Of a DNA stretch of 64,000 bases, positions 52,655 to 64,000 are shown piece by piece. The translations under genes and the position numbers were made by a program. The notes below the pieces were generated by a model. The model worked only from the letters and a program-made list of their open reading frames with translations, was not told the DNA's origin and did no database searches. Every line of letters begins with the position of its first letter. Positions within the stretch are counted from its first letter, which is position 1. Source of the stretch: Octopus vulgaris (Eukaryota); NCBI GenBank assembly GCA_951406725.2, contig OX597829.1, forward strand, positions 30,628,001 to 30,692,000, written 5' to 3'.

Positions 52655-54406
52655 AACATGGTTTCCTATTAGTGTCTATAAGATGCATCATCTTGAAATC
52701 ATTTTTCATCACCTCATCTCAAGTCTGCCTTGGTCTCCTTTTTACCATTTTGAGAACTTGGCATCAGTTTATGCTTCCTTATCCAGTTTATGCATCCACA
52801 TAATACACCCATTGCAGTCTTCTCTTTTGCACTCTGCATTTGATTCGACATAAGCCAATTCTCAATTCATTTACACCATGTGGTTATGCACACTAATATA
52901 GTACATCCAGTAAAGTCTGGTCACTACATTTCTTTCCAACCTTTGCATGTTTTCTGCACTCAAAGCATACACCCATGCAGCAATGCAGTTTGTACACAAG
53001 CATCAAACAATCTACCCTTGATTTTGAAGGATGAGCTGTTTGTTGCCAGCAAAGTAAATACTTCCCTGAACTTTCACCAACCAATTCTTACTCAGGCCAC
53101 AACACTTTAGGAACATCCACCCCATACCATTACTAGTAAAAGCTGTCTAGTGGGTCATTTGGGTATTTGAGAGAATCTATTTCCTGAAAATTCTTAGTGC
53201 TTTCTGCTCCAGTGCACCTACTCCATCTGAAATCTACCTTCTCTGTTCGCCTGTTTTTGATCCTACTGCAACTTTTTGTGTGTTCTTTGTTTTTTTACAC
53301 TGGGCACACCTTACTGAAGTTCTCAATTTCCTTCCTAATTACTAAAATGTTTGTTTTCACTGTTTACTTCAAAGACTTTCAGATCTGTATTTTGCTTTCA
53401 CGTCTGATGTACCCCTACCTGCACACTAAATTCATCTGTGAAATCACTGCTGACTATCACCTTTCTGACTTCCCTCCATATATAGATTGTACGCATGCCA
53501 CTCAGCTACTCCTAGTTTCTTTAGTAACCACTAAATCACAGAATGATGAACTCTTTCAAAGAGGAGTTCTTAGCTATGTACTTCATTTGCAGTTGTCTTA
53601 CAATGAATATGTGGTGCCCCTTCATGGCGCTCCATATTCAGTGATGCCTCTTTGTGGGACAATACTAAATTGCACCTCATCTAGACTAATCTTATTCCTC
53701 ATCTGTTTTGCAATAATTCTTTCTGTAATTTTCACAACCATAATCCAATATTTTTTATTCCTCTTTGGTTACCGCTTTTGAGTGGATCTCCCTTACTCTT
53801 CAATGCAGTTTACAATGATACTGCAACACCTGTCATTGGATATGACATCTTGTATTTCTTGATTTACTGTTTGAGTGGTTACCCTGTACCCTACTTTTCA
53901 AGATGCTTTAAACATCTTGACAATTATTCCTGATAGCCTTCGTATCTCTTACAGCTCTATCTGCCATACTGACCAGCAAAGCCAAATGAATCTGACACCT
54001 CTGGCATAAAAGTTTTCTCTATGTTGTGGCTTGTTAATAAAACACATTTATAGAATGTAAAATGAAGATATGACAGAAACTCATTGCATTGTTGCAGGCA
54101 CAATGAATATTTTCAAAGCCATTGATATTTTCTGTTGAACCTTCAAACCAAAAATTTGCTATACATGATGGCTCAAGGCTGCTGTTTACAATGATATTGC
54201 ACTACTAGTCGAGTCTAATAGTAGCCTTTATAACTCAGTTTGCTATTCGAATGACTACTGCGTACCCTACTTAGCCAGATATTTTAAGCATCTTGGCAAC
54301 TATCCCCAATAGCTGCTTTTCTTACTTTCATGTCCCTTATTATTCTACCTAACATGCCACTGTCAACTTGGATGGCTGGTCCCTCTGTTGAGTCTGCATG
54401 GGGTAG

Positions 54407-54452
<46 letters not shown>

Positions 54453-54660
54453 TCTCTCCCTCTCCCATGCATTTTCCATTTTCAGCTTTTCATAGTAGCA
54501 TTCCCATTTCTCTTTCTTATCAGCATCTGTGGGAGCAAGTGTGCCATTATCATTCAATACACACTCCTCCCTGGCAACATTTGGTTTCCTCTAAGTACAT
54601 TGTCTAGCAAAGCAGAACACCACATGCCTCTGATCCGCATGTCTTAGAATGTCTTTTCTG
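52655..54660 (-). mobile_element. Heavily decayed RTE LINE
   Basis: KKEKWECYYEKLKMENAW, IRDMKVRKAA and RT remnants. Confidence 0.65.
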
Positions 54661-54975
54661 TCTCATCCCTTGCTAAGTATACTGGATTAGTTTCTTGTTT
54701 AGGTATTTGGTATTTAATATGCATATTTTCACACACTTACATACACACTCTCTCTTGCATGCACACACACATTTTGTTTTCTTTACACATATACCCTACC
54801 AAAGTAGACATTAGATCTCAATGCGACCCTGTGAGGCTTGCTGAATCCTGTGAAAGCATTGTGAAATTAATAACCTGGTGTAGAACTCAGTATACGTAAG
54901 CCTCAGAACAAAGCGTTAGTTGAGTACAGTGCAGTAATAAGAAAAGAGACGACAAAGGAGTCAACAGTTATCTTA

Positions 54976-55128
54976 GGCATAGGAGTGGCTGTGTGGTAAG
55001 TAGCTTGCTTACCAACCACATGGTTCTGGGTTCAGTCCCACTGCGTAGCACCTTGGGGAAGTGTGTTGCCTCAGGCCGACCAAAGCCTTGTGAGTGGATT
55101 TGGTAGATGGAAACTGAAAGAAGCCCGT

Positions 55129-55166
<38 letters not shown>

Positions 55167-55387
55167 TATGTGTGTGTATGTTTGTGTGTCTGTGTTTGTC
55201 CCCCCTAACATTGCTTGACAACCAATGCTGGTGTGTTTACGTTCCCGTAACTAAGCAGTTCGGCAAAAGAGACCAATAGAATAAGTACTAGGCTTACAAA
55301 GAAGTCATCCTGAGGTCGATTTGCTCGACTAAAGGTGGTGCTCCAGCATGGCCACAGTCATGACTGAAACAAGTAAAAGAGTAAGAG
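54976..55387 (+). mobile_element. Family A SINE
   Basis: Full head, body and tail. Confidence 0.88.
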
Positions 55388-55589
55388 TCATTAGTAAGTT
55401 CATAAAATAATAATTTATTCCTTTGTCATCTTTTTTCTTAAACTCACACACACACGCACACATACATTCAAACAAGGGAGTGGACAAATGAAATAGAGGA
55501 ACTACATATATTATTTGAACAATTTCAGTTTTAAATAACGTTAATAATAATAATAATAATAATATTGTATATATATATATATATTAAAG

Positions 55590-56720
55590 AAGTTAATGCA
55601 GGTGAAAGGAAAAATCTAAAAATAATATAGGAGAGAGCTTAAGAACAAGGATGGGTTCAAAGCGACAAAGGGGAGATGTAAGAGGCATACAAAGCTTTCT
55701 ACACCAACCTTTTTAAATCATCAGGAAAGCTTAATCCTTCACTGCCACAAATGTAGCCATTCTGGTCAGAGAAACTGAAAATGCCCTCAAGCTGATAGAA
55801 GAGAAAGCTCCAAGAAAAGATTGCGTAACAACAGAGATGTTAAGCTGCCACTGAGCATTGCTTTTGCCCACCATGGAAAGACCTTTAATGAGATGAATGC
55901 AGTGCTGAAATCTTTTGAAAAACAAGGTGTTGAGGCTCAGTACACCAAACTGCTATCTCCACCAGTAAGAGTTCTAATTGGGAAAGGCGTGAAAGGAGAT
56001 ACCATCTCTCTAAAATTCTCCACTGTATGCCTAGAAGTAGTCATGAGAAACATTGACTGGACAGGTAACTACTAACACACCTGCATTTGCAGTTGACCTT
56101 GAAATCATCACCAAACTTACAAATCTGCTGCAGAATGTGCTGATAGAGCTGGACACCCATACATAGCTCAGTTGTTGGCCTTAAAATGAACTGCATAGAA
56201 ACAAAATATATGCAATCTGAAAATGTAGCTTCAAAGAGAATAAAGGTAGGATTGAAGGCACTTGCCTCAGTGAAGTAATGTACTCAAAGCAAAGATGGAC
56301 AAGATCATGTGCCAGACTCTTCAAAAGCATCAGTCTATCTGTGGTCTTATATGCAATTGAAATGTAGTTTCCTAAAGAGGGAAACACATAGATTGGCTAT
56401 GATGCAAAGGGGCAATTGAAATATCCATGCTAGGAATGTCATTGTGAGAGCATATTGGAAATGAGGTAGAGAACACTGCAGAGTGAACAACATAATTGCA
56501 AAATGCTGAAAGCACAAGTTCTGCTGGGCCAGAAATGTCACAATTTTCACTGCCAACAGATGCATCCATGCAGTTACCAAAGCAAATGGTATTCAAGAGA
56601 TCAAGAAATACCATTTGGAAGGCTTCTGTGATGAAGGGATGATGATTTACTTAAATGATTTGGGCGAAGGTGGGAAAGTATGGCACATTCAAGGAAGAAT
56701 TGGAAGTACATTGTGATCAG
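55590..56720 (+). mobile_element. Decayed RTE-clade RT fragment (different family)
   Basis: LPLSIAF...KTF...AVLKSFEKQGVEAQY, IGKGVKGDTISLKF..CLEVVMRNIDW; WAR..SQFS. Confidence 0.6.
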
Positions 56721-56824
56721 CAATATGTAACAACATAGTTTGGTTGATACAGTGATATATATATATATATATATCTGTATACATTTTTATTTATGTGTGG
56801 TGTGTGTGTGTATTTATTTGTATG

Positions 56825-56870
<46 letters not shown>

Positions 56871-57200
56871 CATATATGTGTATATAAATATATATTTATA
56901 TTTGTATGCGTACACAAACACACGCATAAACATGCACACTCACAGACACACACATAAAATTTATATGATAGTGGTGATCTGTGAGAATGAGTGCCCAAAC
57001 CACCACTGCATCTGGTGGTTTGCTGGATAAATATATTCTATATTAGTGGATCAACAATGCTACAAATGGTTTCATGTGAAAAGTTTCATAATTTTCAAAT
57101 ATTCCACTATTCCACTTAAGTAATCCATTTTGATATTGGATGAGACTATATATCTGTGTGTATATATGGTTGTATATATCTATATATCTACATATATGTA

Positions 57201-57252
<52 letters not shown>

Positions 57253-57412
57253 TAAATGTAAATATAGATGTTTTTTTATTCATATATATGGGTGGACAAA
57301 CAAAACAAAGTGGCATTCTACACATTTTGTTGGAGTTACATGTATTATTTAATAACAATTTGATTTGTATGTGTGTGTGCACACATATATATATATATCA
57401 TCATCATCATCG

Positions 57413-57800
57413 TTTTACTCTTTTACTTGTTTGTCATTTTGACTGCGGCCATGCTGGAGCACCGCCTTTAGTCGAACAAATCGACCCCGGGACTTATTCT
57501 TTGTAAGCCCAGTACTTATTCTATCGGACTCTTTTGCTGAACCGCTAAGTGACGGGGACGTAAACACACCAGCATCGGTTGTCAAGCAATGCTAGGGGGA
57601 CAAACACACATACACACACACACATATATATATATATATACATATATACGACAGGCTTCTTTCAGTTTCCGTCTACCAAATCCACTCACAAGGCATTGGT
57701 CGGCCCGGGGCTATAGCAGAAGACACTTGCCCAAGATGCCACGCAGTGGGACTAAACCCGGAACCATGTGGTTGGTTAGCAAGCTACTTACCACACAGCC
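57413..57800 (-). mobile_element. Family A SINE, well conserved
   Basis: Reverse complement of 37268-37662. Confidence 0.9.
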
Positions 57801-58695
57801 AATGCATTATATTTATATATTTGTAGTCATACATATGCATACATACATACATCATACAAATGCATGTATACCTCCATCCATTCATATATATTTTTATTCA
57901 TACAATTGCACACACATTCGTATTCATACAAATGCATATATATATATATACATATAACATATATATATATATATTCATGTATTCATTTATATAACATTTA
58001 TACACACACACACATATCTTCATTATGTAATGTGTATTTATGCATTATATTTTTGCAGCAAGGACATGTGCCATGTATAGCTATAAACTGTTAGAACTAG
58101 TTGGGAATGCGTTTTTGTATTTGCTTGTATCTTTGCACACAGGGTTGGAGAAAAAGGAAATATATCAATTAAATAAACCAAAAAAATTCAGTTTATTATT
58201 GTTATTATTATTCATGCAGTCATTTACTCCTTAAATTTTTTTTAAGGCATTTTAAATTTGAAAGTATTAATTTGTACAGCTGCTTCAAACAAAGATTTAT
58301 AAACCATTTTTACAGCATGGTCTTTCAATAACATATTGATCTTCTCTGTATTATTCGCTGTCAGGTTGTACCAGTAAATACTGCATTATATTGATCTCAT
58401 ACATACAGGCACAAGGTACGAGTTTTGTGTGAGATGGGTGGGAGCTTGGTGTGTTACAATAAGACTGGGGTGGCAGTGGTAGAGAGATGAGTTTTTGTGT
58501 GAGTGTGTGATGTGCATGCCTTTTTCTCAAAGGTGCTATTTGGTAAATTATAGATGGAGTGAAATATAGGTTGCCACCAAAAATTTAATGACATAGAATG
58601 TTAGTCAGGCTGCACTGCCACTTTAAACTCTTATACTACTGTTTCTCACCAAACTACTGCAATATGTCAAAATTGTTAACATTGATTCTGACAGC

Positions 58696-58745
<50 letters not shown>

Positions 58746-59666
58746 TATACTCTTTCTCTCTCTCCCATACACACCCATTCACGCTCACTTGTAATCTACA
58801 CATATATGAATTTACTTGCTCACTCAACAACACTCCACACACACAGACACACTTTATATATACATGTACACAACGCACACATTCAACATACGTACATTCC
58901 ACACATTTATCTGTACATATTTCCGCATATACAGTTTCCATATGCACGCAGTCCACTTAGATGCATCACACCACCCTACAGCCCCCTTCCACACACTTTC
59001 CATACACACACTATCCACATACACATATACTCTATACACATATAACGCACTCTTCATACACACATACATGCATACACATTCTCCCCTACACTCTATACAC
59101 TCACACACTCTTCATTCTCACTATCTCTCTTTGTCTCTCCCCATCTCTCCCTCTCTCCCTACACACACACACTCTTCATATACACCAACATTAGTTCCCT
59201 GTCCCCTTCATATTGGTAGTGTGTGTTTAGATGTCCATTTAGCTCTATCATTTGATTCTCAGATATCTTCAACATAGATGATTCTGTTGCAATATTTCAT
59301 ACCAAAAGCCCTGGTTTACTCACATGTCTTTTATTCGGAGATTGACCTACATATATTTAGGCTGTTATTGACCATGTCCTGGCAATGAATTGATTAGGGT
59401 CAGTAGAACACTAGATACAATGCCATGTGGTATTTGCATCAACTATTTACATTTCATGCTCAAATCCTTGCAAGGTCAATTTTGTTTTTCATCTTTTCAA
59501 GGAAAGTGCCTATCCAGAGCAGAGGTTTGGTGAGAGTAACTGTCCTTACTTTTTACATTTTGGCAGCGGTGCCCATAGAAACATTACTGCCAATTTCTGT
59601 CTTCCCTTAAGCAATGACCTTTCTCTACCAGTCCTTCACCAAAGACCTTGCTCAGACCTTTGTATA

Positions 59667-59972
59667 AAAACCTCGCCCTTATCAAGTCTAGCCAGGCTCA
59701 TGGGCCCGGTTTCCTGGTTTCTATGGCGTATGTGTTCCCCCCCCCCCCAGCTGGACGGGACGCCAGTCCATCGCAGTGTTACTAACAAACAGGAAGCGAG
59801 TGTGAGAGAAAGTTGTGATGAAAGAGTACAACAGGGGTTGCCACCACCCACTGCTGGGGCCTCATGGAGCTTTTAGGTGTTTTCGTAACACACACAATAC
59901 CTGGTCTGGGAATTGAAACCGCAATCCTCTGACCGCAAGTCTGCTGCCCTAACCACTGGGCCATTGCGCCTC
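59667..59972 (-). mobile_element. Family C-related SINE with 14-bp TSD
   Basis: TSD CAGACCTTTGTATA at 59653-59666 and 59973-59986. Confidence 0.85.
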
Positions 59973-61144
59973 CAGACCTTTGTATACAGATGCAAATTTA
60001 TGGTCAAGCCCTAATCAACAAAGGGCCTTAGGCAAACCAATCTCAGTTGCTTTAGAAAGTCACTAAAAGTCATGGACTCAGCCCTTTCCCATACTGTTTT
60101 ATAAAAAATACTTTTCAACAAGGGTAACAGATCTGTTAAACCTCACTAGTGCTAGTTCCATAGAGCACCTGGTACACATTAGGGAGGGCATCTGACTGTA
60201 GAAACCATGCCAAACCAGACACTGCTGCATGATGCAGTCTTCTAGTTTGTTGGATTCTTTTGACTTATCCAACCAAAGCTAGCTGGTAAGACAGACAATA
60301 AATGATTACGAAGATGAATGAGTAGAAGTCAAGGAAACTTGAAACAGATGCTGTATCCGAGAGCCATGGTGAAAGGATAGTATTCAGTTGCTGATAAAAT
60401 CCCTGCACAGGATTAAAACTAGTTCAGTTTATACCTCTTTTTTCTGTCTGTAAGGGTACTTACTGTATTTATAAATGAAGTCTTTATATTTATTTCATAC
60501 AATGCTGGTTAAATAATCTGTAGGTATAATTGGATAATCAAACGATCTATAGATATATTGAGTAGCAAAGTTCTGAAACAAAACACTTAATGCACCGGTA
60601 ATAGGAATATATATTTAAAATACAGACATATGTAAATTGTATAAGAGTCTACATATGTATGTTAAGTAAACATGTAATTTAACCATTAATGCATAAATAG
60701 ATCCCAGAGAGGGGAAGAGAAAGCACCTAGTTTAACTATGGAGTCCAGTAATGTCATGTGCATGTTTATTGGATGTACATCTGTCAACTTACTTACAGTT
60801 CATCATGACACACACACACATTTACATACACGTATAGACATACATTCCTACACACACACACACACACACATAACCATAAAAATATAGACCTTTGTCAGCT
60901 TAAGCAATTAAAATCTATCAACTATTGAATTAGTATTAAGTGGCTGAGTATTCCTTACACACTTGTACCCTTAATGTAATTCACAGGCGAATTTGTATGT
61001 GACAAGGTTGGCACTTTGAATTACAGGTACAGTTTATCCAATGGGCTTACAAATTGTTTCCATTTTCTTAATTTTAATTTCATATGCAAATGAATAGTAG
61101 AAGCTTAGAATGGCATGCAGTAAAATTGAACCAGAGCACTAATG

Positions 61145-61195
<51 letters not shown>

Positions 61196-61509
61196 ACACA
61201 CACACACACACACCAAGGTGCAGGGATGGCTATGTGGTTAAGTGGATAAGAAGTTTCTTTCCCAACCATGTGTGCCTGTATGGCACTGTGGGCAAGTGTC
61301 TTCTACTATAGCTGTTGGCTGACTAAAACCTTATGAATGGATTTAGTGGGAGAAAACTGAAAGAAGCCATGTGTGTGTGTGTGTGTATATATATATATAC
61401 ATATATATATATACATATACATATATATATACATATATATATACATATATATATACATATATATATATACATATATATATACATATATATATATACATAT
61501 ATATATACA

Positions 61510-61550
<41 letters not shown>

Positions 61551-61671
61551 ACATATATATATATATACATATATATATATACATATATATATATACATAT
61601 ATATATACATACATATATATATACATACATATATATATACATATATATATATACATACATATATATATATA

Positions 61672-62600
61672 TCATCATCATCGTTTAACGTCCACTTTCC
61701 ATGCTAGCATGGGTTGGATGGTTCAACTGGGGTCTGGGAAGCCCGAAGGCTGCACCAGGCCAGTCAGATCTGGCAGTGTTTCTACAGCTGGATGCCCTTC
61801 CTAACGCCAACCACTCCGTGAGTGTAGTGGGTGCTTTTTATGTGCCACCGACACAGGTGCCAGACGAGGCTGGCGAACAGGATGGTGTTTTTTATGTGTC
61901 ACCGGCACGGAGGCCAGGCAAGGCTGGCACGGCCACGATCAGATGGTGTTTGTTACGTGCCACCAGCACGGAGGCCAGTCGATGCGGTACTGGCTACGGC
62001 CACGTTCGGATGGTTTGCTTATGTGCCACTGGCATTGGTACCACAAAACTACAAATTCCATTGATGTTCATCGATTTTGATTTGATTCTTTGATTTTTGA
62101 TTTTCACTTGCCTTAACAGGTCTTCACAAGTAGAGTTATGTGTCCCAAGAAGGAAGGTATGCACAGGTGGACTGACTACGTCCCAGGTAGGGGCCATAGG
62201 TTATGGCCTCACTTGTCCTGCTGGGTCTTCTTGCGCACAGCATACTTCCAAAGGTCTCGGTCTCTGGTCATTTCCTCGGTGAGACCTAAAGAGCGAAGGT
62301 CGTTCTGCACCACCTCGTCCCAGGTTTTCCTGGGTCTACCTCTTTCACAGGTTCCCTCAACCGCTAGGGTGTGGCACTTTTTCACACAACTATCTTCATC
62401 CATTCTTACTACGTGTCCATACCAGTGTAGACGCCTCTCTTGCACACCACATCTGATGCTTCTTAGGTCCAACTTTTCTCTCAAGGCACTTACACTCTGT
62501 CAGGTATGAACACTGACATTACACATCCAACGGAGCATACTGGCTTCATTTCTTGCGAGCTTATGCATATCCTCAGCAGTCACGGCCCATGTTTCACTGC
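61672..62600 (-). mobile_element. 5'-truncated RTE LINE (RT C-terminus plus 3' UTR)
   Basis: LRSIRCGVQERRLHWYGHVVRMDEDSCVKKC...RGRPRKTWDEVV..DL; (CAT)n tail. Confidence 0.9.
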
Positions 62601-62639
62601 CATTCGAAACATATTTGTGTATATATATATATTTTTTTC

Positions 62640-62933
62640 ACGACCAGGCTATCAGATGTTGCTGCACATAGCTGGTCACAATGCGCTTTCGCATTGTTTT
62701 AGCCTTCAAATGACACCACCCCGCTGGCTAAGCAAGCAGGCCAATAGAAGAAAGAGTGAGAGAAAGTTGTGGCGAAAGTGTACAGCAGAGATCGCCACCT
62801 CCCCCTGCCAGAGCCTTGTGGAGCTTTTAGGTTTTTTTCGCTAAATAAACACGCAGAATGCCCAGTCTGGGAATCGAAATCCTGATCCTACGACCACAAG
62901 TCCACTGCCCTAACCACTGGGCCATTGCACCTC

Positions 62934-62935
<2 letters not shown>
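62640..62935 (-). mobile_element. Family C SINE
   Basis: Reverse complement of 6868-7148. Confidence 0.85.
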
Positions 62936-62968
<33 letters not shown>

Positions 62969-63147
62969 GTATATATGGGTACAGGATGTCACCAACTGTG
63001 TAAGCAACATGAAGTACAAAAACAAACGAGTTAAATACGCAAACAGTGAGAGAAAAAATGGAAAACCAGACAAGTAACACATAGAATGACACTTCGTCAG
63101 TGGTTGGCTGTCCGTCTACTCCTTATTTCGAGCTTTCAATGACATAA

Positions 63148-63213
<66 letters not shown>

Positions 63214-63279
63214 TTTGAGATAAAAGCACTATTATGGAACTCAATCAGTGATAGACATAAACCAATACATAAATAACCA

Positions 63280-63311
<32 letters not shown>

Positions 63312-63378
63312 TTTTATATAACTTATAACTAGATCTCAAAGTATAAAATGAATGATAAATATATAATATAATATCTAA

Positions 63379-63466
63379 AAACACTGTACGTTTCATGGCT
63401 ACAATTAAATTCGAATTTCAATTAAGTTTAAATTCAATTAAAAATTATAGTCAATCTTCAGGTTAA
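63379..63466 (-). ncRNA. Degenerate long-stem-II hammerhead in an inverted PLE pseudo-LTR
   Basis: UUAAC-CUGAAGA-UUGACUAUAAUU...AAUUGUAGCCAU-GAAAC-GUAC-AGU-GUU; homologous to 30350-30441; cleavage triplet damaged. Confidence 0.6.
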
Positions 63467-63677
63467 TGATAATAAGTTAAATAAATAAGCAAATAGAGTT
63501 AAACAATATTTAAGAAATAAATAATAATTATTCTTTTAGAACAACTCCATTAACTAAATTATAAACTTAAAACATTAGGATTATTTCCTATAACACATTT
63601 ATTATGTTAAATATTTAATTTTTAATTTTTTAAAAATTAAATATATATATATGTGTGTGTGTGTATGTATATATATG

Positions 63678-64000
63678 TGGCTGCAGAGACAGAAATAAGT
63701 GCCAATTCCCTAATAGGTGTAAAACAGAAAATGTAGTATACCAATATTACTTACTCACAAATAACCATACAAAATCATATATAGGCACCACAAAAAAACA
63801 AATAATGCTGAGATACAACTCACACCAATCTAGCTTTAGATATAAGTAAAGCAAATTCTACAGGGCTTAGTAGCTACAACTGGGAATTAAAGGATAAAAA
63901 AAAAAATTATAGTTTAAAATGGCACATGCTAGCAACCACCTCGTCTTATAACACTAAAAATATGCAGTGCGATCTCTGTTTAATAGAGTGCCTGAAAATA
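63678..64000 (+). mobile_element. Penelope-like element GIY-YIG endonuclease fragment (runs off the window)
   Basis: CRDRNKCQFPNRC..ENVVYQ...YIGTT...RYNSHQSSF, then after a frameshift STGLSSYNWELKD..YSLKW...SYN...CDLCLIE. Confidence 0.85.

Noticed and set aside
53197-53781. 194-aa hydrophobic ORF
   Set aside because: Antisense reading of a decayed RTE LINE.
62975-63145. Minus-strand GAAAGCUC ... CUGACGAAG as a permuted hammerhead
   Set aside because: No convincing stems I and II connecting the motifs; probably the tail of an interspersed repeat.

Overview
AT-rich, repeat-dense eukaryotic DNA. The SINE, RTE and CR1 repertoire and the long (TA)n/(CA)n tracts point to a cephalopod, probably Octopus (inference). 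I could not recognise any host protein-coding exon. There is a CpG-richer, promoter-like zone at about 10.4-12 kb with strong splice donors, and most of the rest looks intronic or intergenic. The window is filled with tRNA-derived SINEs, RTE and CR1-group LINE fragments, mariner relics, MITEs, two Helitrons and two Penelope-like element (PLE) fragments. The most notable signal is a set of type I hammerhead ribozyme (HHR) motifs. A non-coding ~352-nt unit is tandemly repeated with one HHR per unit (6175-6742), and a diverged relative has a fully intact HHR core (3151-3193, minus). Together these look like a retrozyme-like family. Further HHRs lie next to the PLE fragments, which could supply the reverse transcriptase. 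Other oddities are a pre-tRNA-Tyr fragment inside a microsatellite, a perfect 143-bp local inverted duplication, two insertions flanked by >100-bp direct repeats, and two Helitrons inserted at nearly the same position in two inverted copies of a PLE tail.
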